44,922 bases of DNA from a virus (IMGVR_UViG_3300033067_000720:1-44922); one strand, 5' to 3'; shown: positions 8,536-18,119, counted from the first letter of the stretch. Program-made: numbers and translations. Notes: a model not told the origin generated them from the letters alone.

Positions 8536-8957
8536 TGACCGCTCGTAATCTACTGCCCCCTGACCCGCCTGCCGTCATCTGGAATGCTCCTGGGTACGCT
8601 GCTCACCATGATGGGCAGCCTGTGCCTGTGGCTCAGGCCCCGTCGGGGTGCGGGCTTCCCACGGACGACAAGGCCCGCAAGGCCCTGCCGCTCTGGACGT
8701 TCATGATGGCGTACTTCCCGGACGCCTGGCTCGCGGTGGCGAATGTCGCCATCGCCGGCAATGAGCAGCACAATCCTGGTGAGCCTCTGCACTGGGCGCG
8801 GGAGAAGTCCAAGGACCAGATGAACACGGCCTTCCGCCATATGTGGGATCACGGGCGCGGCGTCCAGAAGGACACCGACGGCCAGTATCACCTGGCGAAG
8901 GCTATCTGGCGTCTGTCGGCGGAGCTGCAGCTCATGATCGAGAAGGAGATCAAGTGA
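8535..8957 (+). CDS. dATP/dGTP diphosphohydrolase domain protein (DUF5664-like)
   Basis: RKALP...YFPDA..AVA.V...GNEQHNPGEPLHWAREKS....AFRH...HLAKAIWR. Confidence 0.78.
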   Translation: MTARNLLPPDPPAVIWNAPGYAAHHDGQPVPVAQAPSGCGLPTDDKARKALPLWTFMMAYFPDAWLAVANVAIAGNEQHNPGEPLHWAREKSKDQMNTAFRHMWDHGRGVQKDTDGQYHLAKAIWRLSAELQLMIEKEIK

Positions 8958-9691
8958 AGCTACTGATGCTGGACATCGAGACGGCTCCCAACCTGGCCGC
9001 GACCTGGGGGCTGTATGACCAGAACGTAGGGCTGGACCAGCTCATCGAGCCGGGCTATACCCTGTGCTGGGCGGCGAAGTGGTACGGCAGCAAGGAGATC
9101 GAGTTCGCCTCGATCATGACAGGCGAGAAGCGGATGATCCGCAGGGTGCACAAACTGCTGGATGAGGCAGACGCAGTCTGCCACTACAACGGAACCAAGT
9201 TCGACATCCCCGTACTCAACAAGGAGTTCCTGCTGCAGAAGCTGACTCCTCCGTCCCCCGTCAAGCAGGTAGACCTCCTGCGTACGGCACGCAGCAAGTT
9301 CAGGCTCGCGTCGAACAAGCTGGAGTTCGTGGCGGGGCAGCTGGGGCTGGGGGCGAAGACCAAGCACAAGGGGATGAAGCTGTGGCTGGAGTGTATGAAC
9401 CGGAAGCCGGAAGCATGGAAGACGATGGAGACGTACAACAAGCAGGACGTGGTACTGCTGGAGAAGGTGTACGACCGGCTGCTGCCGTGGATCAAGCACC
9501 ACCCGAACCGCGCAGTGATGGAGGGAGTGGAGTGCTGCCCGAAGTGCGCAGGATCGAACTACCAGGCGCGAGGTTCGTACGTGACTGGTGCCGGCGTCTA
9601 TAAGCGCTACCAGTGCCAGGACTGCGGCTCTTGGTTCCGCGGCGCTAAGCGCCGTCCTACGAGCATCCAAGAGATCAGGGAGATTGCATGA
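8954..9691 (+). CDS. DnaQ/RNase_H_2-type 3'-5' exonuclease with C-terminal Zn ribbon
   Basis: LDIET, HYNGTKFDIP, SNKL, YNKQDV; CPKC...CQDC. Confidence 0.9.
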   Translation: MKLLMLDIETAPNLAATWGLYDQNVGLDQLIEPGYTLCWAAKWYGSKEIEFASIMTGEKRMIRRVHKLLDEADAVCHYNGTKFDIPVLNKEFLLQKLTPPSPVKQVDLLRTARSKFRLASNKLEFVAGQLGLGAKTKHKGMKLWLECMNRKPEAWKTMETYNKQDVVLLEKVYDRLLPWIKHHPNRAVMEGVECCPKCAGSNYQARGSYVTGAGVYKRYQCQDCGSWFRGAKRRPTSIQEIREIA

Positions 9692-9900
9692 GCATCCGTA
9701 AGGAACCGCACGAAAAGACGGTCTTGGTAGACCTAGTACCTGCGGGGAGCAAGACAGTTGCCTATAGGGTGGGCATGTACTCGAAACGAAGTAACTGCAA
9801 GATCATCGATTACAAGATACAGTACGAGGTGAAGTATCTCGTAGAGTTTGATGACGGAACTCGCGACTGGGTTGGAGCGTATGCCGTGGAGGGTGCATGA
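9688..9900 (+). CDS. Hypothetical protein
   Basis: ATGA-coupled ORF. Confidence 0.65.
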   Translation: MSIRKEPHEKTVLVDLVPAGSKTVAYRVGMYSKRSNCKIIDYKIQYEVKYLVEFDDGTRDWVGAYAVEGA

Positions 9901-10358
9901 GCCTTGAAGGACGCGACCTGTCGGATACACAGATCCTGGACGCGACTCAGATGGAGCACGACGCCGAGAAGGCTGCCCATCGTCTTGCGATCAAGCTGCC
10001 CTCCGGGCGTACGCTATACAGCGACTACGGCCCTGCTGAGGAGTTGCGCAAGCGGCTCATCCCCTGGTGCGAGAGCGTTCGCTCTGCGATCGACTCTGAC
10101 ATCCTAGCGGAGCGCGAGGAGAAGAAGGCGCTGTCTGGCAGGGCGGAGATGGCTCCTCCTCCCCCCGAGCTAGGGGGGGCTCAGCCGGAGCTCCTGGGAG
10201 CGAAGGAGTATGCAGAGAAGCAGCTGGCGCACTTCGCTGCCGAAGAGATGCGATTGCGAGAGCAGTCCGATCGCATCATCAAGGCGCTAGGACTGGCGAT
10301 CAAGGAAGTGCAGCGCTGGGGGAAGGTGGCAGAGGCTTTGAAGGAAGATGAGCCATAA
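9897..10358 (+). CDS. Hypothetical protein
   Basis: ATGA-coupled; last large + strand gene before the convergence point. Confidence 0.7.
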   Translation: MSLEGRDLSDTQILDATQMEHDAEKAAHRLAIKLPSGRTLYSDYGPAEELRKRLIPWCESVRSAIDSDILAEREEKKALSGRAEMAPPPPELGGAQPELLGAKEYAEKQLAHFAAEEMRLREQSDRIIKALGLAIKEVQRWGKVAEALKEDEP

Positions 10359-10380
10359 AAAAGGGGCCCCTGCGGGCCCC
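10357..10380 (-). terminator. Intrinsic terminator of the late (minus) operon
   Basis: GGGGCCC-GCAG-GGGCCCC-TTTTTT on the minus strand. Confidence 0.85.
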
Positions 10381-10409
10381 AACGGGAGACGATCGAGGAG
10401 GTGATGTTA

Positions 10410-10463
10410 ATGCCCTTTCCGTACGAGCCGTTTACGCCGTCACCTTACCCAGGGACGACGTAG
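10410..10463 (+). CDS. Possible 17-aa Pro-rich micropeptide MPFPYEPFTPSPYPGTT
   Basis: GGAGGTGA SD 5 nt before ATG. Confidence 0.3.
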   Translation: MPFPYEPFTPSPYPGTT

Positions 10464-10492
10464 AGGGGAGCAGCATCCTCATAAACACTCAG

Positions 10493-10518
10493 CGCCGGCC
10501 TTGTGCCGGCGTCTTCTT
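10493..10518 (+). terminator. Putative intrinsic terminator of the plus operon
   Basis: CGCCGGC-CTTGT-GCCGGCG followed by TCTTCTT. Confidence 0.6.
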
Positions 10519-10900
10519 ATCTGCGTCTCGTGAAGTCAGATCCCTTCAGGCCATCCTTGCGGTGGCCGTAGTAGCGCCACCCTCCGATGCGTACGCCGAG
10601 CCAGTAGGCCCAGCAGGCGATCGTCACGCCTTCGGCCTGCAGCGCCTCGCGGAGCGTAGCGTCTGCCTCCGCTCTCGTCCCGAGCTGGCTGCAGTACAGC
10701 CAATCATGCAGCACCGCCGCACGGCGGCTCTTGCCATTCACATTCAGTAGCCCGCGCAGCGGAGCGGGGATGCTCGCGAGGTCCGTGACGAACCCCGCAG
10801 GCACCTCGATCTTGCGCTTACCCTCCCAGAGTAGCGGGCGCGTCAGCACCCACTCCCCAGGAGCGTCCAGAGCCTGCAGGACAAGGGGCGTCTTGAACAC
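10517..10900 (-). CDS. DUF1353 family protein
   Basis: VPAGFVTDLASIP...AAVLHDWLY...RAEADA...VRIGG. Confidence 0.9.
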   Translation of the reverse strand: MFKTPLVLQALDAPGEWVLTRPLLWEGKRKIEVPAGFVTDLASIPAPLRGLLNVNGKSRRAAVLHDWLYCSQLGTRAEADATLREALQAEGVTIACWAYWLGVRIGGWRYYGHRKDGLKGSDFTRRR

Positions 10901-10902
10901 GG

Positions 10903-11334
10903 CTAATAGAAGGCGGTAGCCTGCTCGACCCAGCCGAGCACGGCGTTCACGGTCACACGCTGCTCAGCGGAGATGATCCCAGCGCCGATCTTGGCGTCAA
11001 GCTCCGCAGTCGCTACGTCCACAACGGCCATCGCCAGGAGCATGTCGGACGGCTCCAGGCCCTTCGTCTTCAGGCGGTTGATGACCGCCGTCTTGATGTC
11101 CGCAACGGTCACGCCCTCGAAGTCGAGCATCTTCTTGGCCTGCCCCACCTCGAACGCCACTGCCGCGGCGCGAGCCGGGCGGTCCGCGAGGTCAGCACGC
11201 TCGATGTACTTCATCGTAGACGCCTGCACGATCAGCTGCACGGCGACGTTGCTCTGCCCGGACTGCATCGTAGCGCAGCCGGCAGAGAGCCCCAGCACGG
11301 CAGCCAGGATGGCTGCATAGAACTTCTTCATCAT
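10903..11334 (-). CDS. Lipoprotein in lysis cassette (possible spanin-like)
   Basis: Basic N-terminus, hydrophobic core and lipobox-like LSAGC. Confidence 0.65.
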   Translation of the reverse strand: MMKKFYAAILAAVLGLSAGCATMQSGQSNVAVQLIVQASTMKYIERADLADRPARAAAVAFEVGQAKKMLDFEGVTVADIKTAVINRLKTKGLEPSDMLLAMAVVDVATAELDAKIGAGIISAEQRVTVNAVLGWVEQATAFY

Positions 11335-11831
11335 GACATATCCTTGGTAGTCAGAGGTAGTTCAAACTCGTGGTACTGCTCTCCGACGTAGAGCGTCGGT
11401 GGAGTATAAAAACGGAACCCGCAACGGAGCAGATTCACCATAGACTGGTAGTTCTTAAGGGAGGTATATGTGATGACTCGGTTGCAGCCCTGCAGGGTCT
11501 TAGCCCATCGGACTCTAGTACGAATCATTCTGCGCTGTAGCCCCTGTCCTTCGGCCCAAGGGAAGACGGCAACGCGGGACAGGAAGACGTAACCTCTCTC
11601 TGGGCGGAAGACCGCGGAGCAGTAGCCAGCAGACGTGCCATCGTCGCTGGTCGCCACCCAGAATGTGTGATCGTCTCCAATCCACTCGTCATTAGGAAAA
11701 GACAAAGCGTTGAGGGCTCGAATCTCTTCAACATCATCAGTCTGTCTGAGGCGGATCACTTGACCCCCTCTAAGTATGCTGCGCAGGCTCGTAGCAGAGT
11801 AGGGCTGTCCTTCATAATCCCGATAGTACAA
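11331..11831 (-). CDS. GNAT-family acetyltransferase
   Basis: LSRVAVFPWAEGQGLQRRMI acetyl-CoA motif A; N..SMVNLLRCGF motif B. Confidence 0.88.
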   Translation of the reverse strand: MYYRDYEGQPYSATSLRSILRGGQVIRLRQTDDVEEIRALNALSFPNDEWIGDDHTFWVATSDDGTSAGYCSAVFRPERGYVFLSRVAVFPWAEGQGLQRRMIRTRVRWAKTLQGCNRVITYTSLKNYQSMVNLLRCGFRFYTPPTLYVGEQYHEFELPLTTKDMS

Positions 11832-11835
11832 TGCA

Positions 11836-12258
11836 TCAGCGAATTCCCTCGTGCTCCAGGCTGAAGTGCCCGCCGTCCTTGAAGCGTCCTCCCCATCTGC
11901 AGTCGGGAGCCAGCCCTTCCCAGTAGACCCCGAGGTCTTCGAACTGCGAGCCGTCTGTCAGAAGCTTCCCGTCCTTGAAGACGTTGAAGTCGACGGCTAG
12001 GCGCTTACGGTGTAGGCTCTTCGAGATGCCGCCGTGCTTGCCGTTGTTGTTGATGGCTGCGGCGAGCGCTGGGAACTGCGGCTGCAGGGAGAGGCAGAGC
12101 GCCCAGCGCTTGTCCCCTCCCAGGGCATTGATCTCCGCCTGCTCGTCGCTGCGGTACGCCTCCCCGAAGGTGAGGGCATATCCGCGGACGTTGGCTTCCC
12201 CGATCAGCTGGGCGATCAGGCGCGTGAAGCGCTGCTGCTTACGGCTGAGCGTTTCCAT
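11836..12258 (-). CDS. Endolysin, M15-family peptidase
   Basis: GEAYR...SLHRKRLAVD...WGGRFKDGGHFS. Confidence 0.92.
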   Translation of the reverse strand: METLSRKQQRFTRLIAQLIGEANVRGYALTFGEAYRSDEQAEINALGGDKRWALCLSLQPQFPALAAAINNNGKHGGISKSLHRKRLAVDFNVFKDGKLLTDGSQFEDLGVYWEGLAPDCRWGGRFKDGGHFSLEHEGIR

Positions 12259-14320
12259 TCTGCATTCCCGCCTCTTCGTTGTCGATGTTCGACATGATCC
12301 ATGCGAGCGCCTGGGCCTTGCCCTGCACGCTACGTTCTCCTGTATTAGCCAGCGTCTTGAGCGCCTGCTGCCCGGCAGAAGTGAAGAACAGCTTCTCCGC
12401 GTTCATGCCGTAGGCCATTCTGGTCACGGCACGAGTGATGAACTCTGGGCTACGGGAGACGAGGTTGATCGTCATTTCTTCAGCCCACAGCGGAGGAGCC
12501 CCCATGTGCGGCTGGTGGTTCATGATGATCGACAGGTGAGCCGCCCCCTTGAGCAAGTCATCCTTCGTCTTCCCCTGCCAGAGCGGCGAGCCCTTCAGCC
12601 CGTCGCGTCCACCGAACAGCGTATCCGAGAATGCCTTGATATCGAAGCGAGAGTCCTGCGCAGCACCAGGGCGGAACGCTGCATCAAGCGCTGTCGCGAT
12701 ACGATCACTCTGCATAGCGCGGAGGACGTCAGGAGCGCGGCGCTCCAGGATGTCAATGGCATAGCGCTGGTCCGCTGGGTTCAGCTTGTAGAACGCCGCG
12801 AGCGTAGCGCCCGGGTTGGCGAACGATTCCTCTCCGCCGAACAGGCGGTTGATGCTGTCGTTTTCCAGACGGCGCAGGGCGTCGCTCTGCTTGGCGTAGG
12901 TCTGACGCACTGCCTGCAGCTTCTCCATCGCCTGAGACGGGGCACCGATCGTGTCGAGGTCCTGCCCAAGGGCAGCGAACAGACGCCCGCGGTAGGCTTC
13001 CAGCTTGCGCTCTGCCTCTGTCAGGATAGCCGCCCCACGAGGGCGGTCCTGTCCTAGTCCGGCCATGAGCTTCTGCAGCTCCATGACACTGAGCCCGTCT
13101 TCTCGGGCAGACTTCGGCATCTGGATCCCCAGCGCCTCGAAGAGGGCTTCGTCGGCCTTGCTGCTAGCAGCCGGCTGCGGGCCGCGCCCGGCGACAGCCT
13201 GTCCTACACGATGGAACGAGTTGGGTAGATCGTCCCCCTTGATGTTGAACTCATTCCCCGCGTCGTTACGAATTGCCTCGAACTCCTGCTGGAGGTTCGT
13301 CAGGCGGAAGCGCTCGTTGTTCCCTGGAAGGGAGGCAACCTCGTTCATACCGCTCACGAACGCCTTACGGCGCTCAGTACGCATTGCCATGTCTAGCACG
13401 TCGACCGTGCGATGGGTCTTCTCTACGATCGCAGGCGAGGTAGCCGGGATGTCCCCGGCGCGAGTGGCCTGCTGAGCCATCTCATCGAAGCGAGCCGCGG
13501 CCTGGTCGGCCTGCGTAGCCATGGCTTCCTGAGCCAGCTTACCCGCAGCGCGCGCTTCATACTTCTGCAGCAAAGGGCTGCCCGTTTCCTGCCCAGGCGT
13601 ATAGCCGACAGGATCTGGAACCGCCTTGCTTCCTGTGAAGAATTGCTTGGCAGACTCCAGCACTGCTCTAGTGCGAGCTCCCTTGGCATTCTCTACAGAG
13701 CGTACGATGAAGTTGCGGAACCCGCCCCATGCTCCCGCGACTACCTGCGTCGCCAAAGGCAGCGCTGCGTTGAGGCTGGTGTTCATCAGACGATCTTCGT
13801 CGTTCTTGGCATACTGCGAAGCGCCGAATAGCGCACCAGCAGAGCTGGCGCGGAACAGGCTGCGGAAGTAGCCCACACCCTTTCCGACGGTGCTTGCCGC
13901 GCCTCCGGCAGGAATAGCCCCGGCGAGGATGTCGCCGGCCTGGCTCACGCCCTGTGCCTTGGCATCCGCAGCGGCGCGGTTCTGCGCTACGATCTCGTTG
14001 TAGCGATCGTAGTACGCCTTGGCGGAGTCCGAGAACGCAGCGGGACCGCGCAGCACGAGCTGCCCGGCTCCTTCCGGAATGGACATGGCCGTGCGCCCTA
14101 GGAGCGTAGGCCCGACCTGACCCTGTGCCTCTGCGGCACGAGTCTGGCTCTGGTACGCCTGATCCATCGTCGGAGGCTGGGCAGGGGCAGCCGCCTGCTG
14201 CGGAGCGGATTCCGCTGCGAGAGCGCTACGTACGCGCTCCATAGCAGCTGTGTCTCCCGAAGACTCAGCGCGCTTGTACGCGTCTACAAGCTGCTGCTTC
14301 TGGTCATCAGTCAGTGGCAT
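12239..14320 (-). CDS. Internal virion / DNA ejection protein
   Basis: Large helical Ala-rich protein in the podovirus ejection-gene position. Confidence 0.7.
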   Translation of the reverse strand: MPLTDDQKQQLVDAYKRAESSGDTAAMERVRSALAAESAPQQAAAPAQPPTMDQAYQSQTRAAEAQGQVGPTLLGRTAMSIPEGAGQLVLRGPAAFSDSAKAYYDRYNEIVAQNRAAADAKAQGVSQAGDILAGAIPAGGAASTVGKGVGYFRSLFRASSAGALFGASQYAKNDEDRLMNTSLNAALPLATQVVAGAWGGFRNFIVRSVENAKGARTRAVLESAKQFFTGSKAVPDPVGYTPGQETGSPLLQKYEARAAGKLAQEAMATQADQAAARFDEMAQQATRAGDIPATSPAIVEKTHRTVDVLDMAMRTERRKAFVSGMNEVASLPGNNERFRLTNLQQEFEAIRNDAGNEFNIKGDDLPNSFHRVGQAVAGRGPQPAASSKADEALFEALGIQMPKSAREDGLSVMELQKLMAGLGQDRPRGAAILTEAERKLEAYRGRLFAALGQDLDTIGAPSQAMEKLQAVRQTYAKQSDALRRLENDSINRLFGGEESFANPGATLAAFYKLNPADQRYAIDILERRAPDVLRAMQSDRIATALDAAFRPGAAQDSRFDIKAFSDTLFGGRDGLKGSPLWQGKTKDDLLKGAAHLSIIMNHQPHMGAPPLWAEEMTINLVSRSPEFITRAVTRMAYGMNAEKLFFTSAGQQALKTLANTGERSVQGKAQALAWIMSNIDNEEAGMQNGNAQP

Positions 14321-15610
14321 TTAGCGCCCCTTTAGAATTCTGTCGATCTCTGCGTCCAACGGGCTCTTGCCCGGAGACGGGCCAAAGCCCGCAGCCGGCG
14401 CTCCCTTACCCTGGATCCAGCGGGAGGCTCCCTTTTGGAACTTCGCGTCGAGCTGATCTAGTGTATTCAAGATCGGCGTAACCTGCGCAGGGTCAAGCTC
14501 CTGTCGGTACTGTAGTCCAGTGCGCAGGGCCTGGTACTTCTGTACGAGGTTGTCGTTCAGGTTGGCGAGCATAGCCGCAGGCGTCGGGTTCTCTCCGACC
14601 ATCGACTTCGCCGCCGCGAGGTCGTTGTCAGACAGACGCCCACCCGGGTCGTTGGCGCGGGCCAGGCTGTAGGCCAGCCCCACGATCAGCCCCTTGGCGC
14701 GTCCGCTGGTGATGTTGTTCTCTTCTAGCCAGGTGTCGATCGAGGCAGTCTTGCCTGTCGCATCGCGGTAGGATCCCCCTGTCGCGGCACGAGCGCCCGC
14801 CCCGAGCTCGGTCGATAGCTTGTCGAGCGCCTGAGCAGCCGAGGCCGCGTTCGTGAACGCATCCTTGTTCTGGTCCAGGACGTTTAGGATACGATCAGCA
14901 GTCGCGTACAGGCCGACAAGGCCATCCGCCTGCTTGCGCACTCCGGCCATCTCAACCTTACCGACTCCCCCCGCCGCCTTGGCTAACGCCTGCGCGACAT
15001 CGCGATCCTGCTTCAGAAGCTGGAAGTATTCGGCACGAGTGATGACCTGCTTGCCCTGGCCCTGCGCAGCCTGGAAGGCGGCAGTGGACTCAGGTGTCTG
15101 CAGGTCGAAGGCTTCGGCCTTGTTCGTCTTGGGATCATAGACGTAGGTCAGATCCCCGACGAGCGCACGGTAGCCCTGATCGCGCTTGGCGTTCTCCATG
15201 TCGATCGCGTACCTGCCCTCATCGCGAGCATCGCTCGCCAGCAGGCGGCGCTTCTGGAACTTCATGTTCGCGAGCTCTAGCAGCTTGCCGTTGATCTGGC
15301 TGGCTACTGCGGGGTTGATGTCAATGACGGCGTCACGGATCGTCTTGAGGCGACGAGTCTCCGTATCCATCGGGTCTTCCCCTTCCGCAGCCCCCTGAGC
15401 AGCCTGCTTGCTGGCATCAGCAATCGTCTGCTGCAGCTTCTGCGCATCCTGCACGTTCTTGTTGCCGAAGAGGGCGTCCGAGGTACGCCCGAAAATGGCC
15501 TGACGCACGCGATCGCGGCCGCCAGAGCCGATGGCCTGGTCGCGGATCTGGCCGATCTGGGCCAGCATCTCCTGGGGCGTTACTGCCTGAAATCCACCAA
15601 AGTCTGCCAT
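14321..15610 (-). CDS. Internal virion / ejection protein
   Basis: Position; AYSLARANDPGGRLSDND motif common in podovirus internal proteins. Confidence 0.7.
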   Translation of the reverse strand: MADFGGFQAVTPQEMLAQIGQIRDQAIGSGGRDRVRQAIFGRTSDALFGNKNVQDAQKLQQTIADASKQAAQGAAEGEDPMDTETRRLKTIRDAVIDINPAVASQINGKLLELANMKFQKRRLLASDARDEGRYAIDMENAKRDQGYRALVGDLTYVYDPKTNKAEAFDLQTPESTAAFQAAQGQGKQVITRAEYFQLLKQDRDVAQALAKAAGGVGKVEMAGVRKQADGLVGLYATADRILNVLDQNKDAFTNAASAAQALDKLSTELGAGARAATGGSYRDATGKTASIDTWLEENNITSGRAKGLIVGLAYSLARANDPGGRLSDNDLAAAKSMVGENPTPAAMLANLNDNLVQKYQALRTGLQYRQELDPAQVTPILNTLDQLDAKFQKGASRWIQGKGAPAAGFGPSPGKSPLDAEIDRILKGR

Positions 15611-15683
15611 GAGAGGCTCCCGTTAGAATCGACGAGTGACAGGGCTGAATCCGCCGCCACTTTCCAATCAATAAAAAGTCGGC

Positions 15684-16985
15684 TTATAGCGGCGGCAACC
15701 CCATTTCGGCTCTGTTCTGATTGATGATGTCAATCACAGACCTGCCCTGAATGTTGTTGGCATTCAGATAAGCCTCATACCCGTCCCGGTTGTAGTGATA
15801 GACACCGCCAGGAATTCCTACAGTGGTCCCGCTTGAATTTCCATAAGCGTCAACATTCTCAATTGGGACGCCTCCGGTATCGGTAGCTGCGTGGGCATCG
15901 TTTCTCATGCCGGCTGCCCACCTATTTAGCCCATATCCAAGGAGCGCAGGGATAGCCGCAACGCCTGCCGCACCTAAACCAGAAAGCCCCCCAGATGCTG
16001 CACCGGCAGCTACGCCAGCCCCCTCCCCAGCGATAGTACCGAGCGTAGGAGCTACCGCCCCCGTGATAGCGTCTGTAGCGCCTGTCCCGAGCCACGAGGC
16101 GAAGGCATCTCCGCCCAGAGCGCCCAGTCCGCTACCCGCGGCAGCGGTGCTTCCGCCAGAGAACAGCTGCTGTAGTAGCCCGGGCTGCCCAGAGGATCCA
16201 CCCCCGAGCAACTGCTGAAGGAGCCCCGAGGCTCCAGAGCCGGCTCCCGTCCCTCCCAGTCCTCCGGAGAGGATGCTAGCGATGGCGTCATTGCCGGCGC
16301 TGGTGTTGAAGTTCGGGTTCGAAGTCAGGGCGGCGGCGTTGCCCAGGCCGGCATTGGCGGCAGCCGTGCTGCCGATCGCCGTCTGTGCCCCGCCCAGGAA
16401 CTCATTGAGCGTCTGCTGGGAGATGTTCTGGCTTCCGCCTAGCGCACTGAGAGCCTGCTGGAGCGCACTTGTCTGCGCGGTGCGGCTCTCCTGCCCTGCG
16501 GCCAGCTGGCGCTGCAGGTCGGCCTGCTGCTGAGCCTGGGACAGCTGTCCGAGGATATTCGCCCCTCCGGTAGTTCCCAGCCGCCCGGTGTTGAACAGGC
16601 GGTTGGCGACGGAGTTGGCCTGGATGTTCTCCTGCGGCATGGCCGCATCGCGGAGGCGCTGCAGGACGGCAGCCTCTGTCGACTGCTGGGCAGTCCCGAG
16701 GGCCTGCTGGGAGACCGACTGGAAGAGCTGCTGCAGCGGAGCCATCGATCCGCTGTCGAGAGTCAGTGCGCCGTTATTGAACGACGACGTCCCTCCCTGA
16801 GCGTTGGTAGAGCCGGTAGGCCCTACGCCCTGAGCGGCGCGCGCCAGAAGCAGCTGCAGGATCTGGTTCTGCTGATTGCCCTGCGCCTGTGCCCCCTGCT
16901 GGGCGAGGACACCCCCGGCGACTGGGGCCACTGCCCCGGCCACGCTGCCGATGGTGCTAAGAAGCTGTCCCCAGTCGAATGCCAT
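15684..16985 (-). CDS. Gly/Ala/Gln-rich internal virion (pilot-like) protein
   Basis: Composition and position; RLFNTGRLG motif. Confidence 0.7.
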   Translation of the reverse strand: MAFDWGQLLSTIGSVAGAVAPVAGGVLAQQGAQAQGNQQNQILQLLLARAAQGVGPTGSTNAQGGTSSFNNGALTLDSGSMAPLQQLFQSVSQQALGTAQQSTEAAVLQRLRDAAMPQENIQANSVANRLFNTGRLGTTGGANILGQLSQAQQQADLQRQLAAGQESRTAQTSALQQALSALGGSQNISQQTLNEFLGGAQTAIGSTAAANAGLGNAAALTSNPNFNTSAGNDAIASILSGGLGGTGAGSGASGLLQQLLGGGSSGQPGLLQQLFSGGSTAAAGSGLGALGGDAFASWLGTGATDAITGAVAPTLGTIAGEGAGVAAGAASGGLSGLGAAGVAAIPALLGYGLNRWAAGMRNDAHAATDTGGVPIENVDAYGNSSGTTVGIPGGVYHYNRDGYEAYLNANNIQGRSVIDIINQNRAEMGLPPL

Positions 16986-17219
16986 TTACTTGTCCGCCTT
17001 GTTGTCGAGCTTTGCTTCGATGCGCTTCATGACGTCGCGCACCTCTAGGAGAGCATCGTGAAAGTCGTCCTTGCGCATGTAGGTCTCCGTGGCGAAGTCC
17101 TTGAACGCGGCCAGGTTGGTACGCATTTCCTTCAGGTCTTCCCACGTCGCACGGAGGATGAATCCTCCCAGAGCGCCCGCCAGGCCGATCACGATGTTGA
17201 TGATTATCTGTAGGTCCAC
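16986..17219 (-). CDS. Small membrane protein, possible holin
   Basis: N-terminal TM helix plus coiled-coil ending IEAKLD. Confidence 0.55.
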   Translation of the reverse strand: MDLQIIINIVIGLAGALGGFILRATWEDLKEMRTNLAAFKDFATETYMRKDDFHDALLEVRDVMKRIEAKLDNKADK

Positions 17220-17220
17220 G

Positions 17221-17619
17221 TTATAGAATCTCCACTACCTTGATCTCCCCAATGTCCGCAGCTGTCCACACAGGAGACCCGCCCCAGGACCACTGTGAGT
17301 ATGTGCCTGCATTGGCAAACGAAGAGCTGGAGGTTAGAAATTCCTGACGAGCTCCGTCGGCATCTTGTACCACGATCTTACTAAAGAACGACACGGGCAG
17401 CGATCCTCCCGCCAGCTGTACTACGAGAGTGAATACGGAATCACCAACGATGCCGTAAATGTCCGCACCGCGGAACTTAGTTGTGTTACCGCAGCTGCCA
17501 TAGGTTCCGCCCCAGATGCTAGCACTATTACCATACCCCCAATCGAGGTTTCCCCCCATCGCAGCGACGGTAATAAGGTACTTCTGTGCTGGTACTGCCA
17601 GCAGTTGCGCAGCGCTCAT
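17221..17619 (-). CDS. Putative tail appendage protein
   Basis: Beta-rich; TAATG-coupled to the upstream tail gene. Confidence 0.55.
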   Translation of the reverse strand: MSAAQLLAVPAQKYLITVAAMGGNLDWGYGNSASIWGGTYGSCGNTTKFRGADIYGIVGDSVFTLVVQLAGGSLPVSFFSKIVVQDADGARQEFLTSSSSFANAGTYSQWSWGGSPVWTAADIGEIKVVEIL

Positions 17620-18119
17620 CAGGTTAGTCCTACCCCAGAGATCAGCCAGCTAGTCGACGTCACCTTGACTGCGGTCGCGATGCCGTTCTGCGCCAGCGTG
17701 CGGGAGCCCGTGCTGGTCGTACCAGCGAGGGTTAAAGTGTCCGTAGTGATAGCAATAGCGATAGTAGCCGATGCCAGGTTGATAAACGTAATCGTAGTGC
17801 CGAGCGGAAACGCCACAGAGGAATTGGCCGGAATCGTGTAAGTGTCCCCAGAGCCGTCCGCTGATCCGTGAAGGATATGCTTTCCAGCGTCTGTCAGAAC
17901 GAGGGTATAGTTGCCGCTCTGCGCGTTCTGCGGAATGTTCAGGTAGCCGAGATTGCTGCTGCCGGCAGCGACGTCGGCGCTATTGGCCTTGGTGCCAATG
18001 GCAGTCGCGATTGCTGCGAACTCCGCATCGAAGTCCGCCCCCAGGACGATCTTCTCGGCGTCGCCAGAAGATAGATTGTCCTTGGCGCTGAAGTCTGTGA
18101 TCTGCGTGTAGTCACTCAT
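17619..18119 (-). CDS. Tail needle/short fibre protein
   Basis: MSDYTQITDFSAKDNL...DAEFAAIATAI N-terminus; YTLVLTDAGK fibre domain. Confidence 0.7.
   Translation of the reverse strand: MSDYTQITDFSAKDNLSSGDAEKIVLGADFDAEFAAIATAIGTKANSADVAAGSSNLGYLNIPQNAQSGNYTLVLTDAGKHILHGSADGSGDTYTIPANSSVAFPLGTTITFINLASATIAIAITTDTLTLAGTTSTGSRTLAQNGIATAVKVTSTSWLISGVGLT

Noticed and set aside
10420-10480. Pistol or hammerhead ribozyme at the convergence region
   Set aside because: No CUGAnGA/GAAA core in register and no pseudoknot partner for the stem-loop.
11975-13057. 360-aa + strand ORF and other long antisense ORFs
   Set aside because: They lie opposite well-supported genes; such ORFs are expected in GC-rich DNA and have no motifs.
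15611-15683. Intergenic gap between ejection genes as a displaced C-terminus or regulatory RNA
   Set aside because: Too short, with no convincing structure or start; cannot be supported without relatives.
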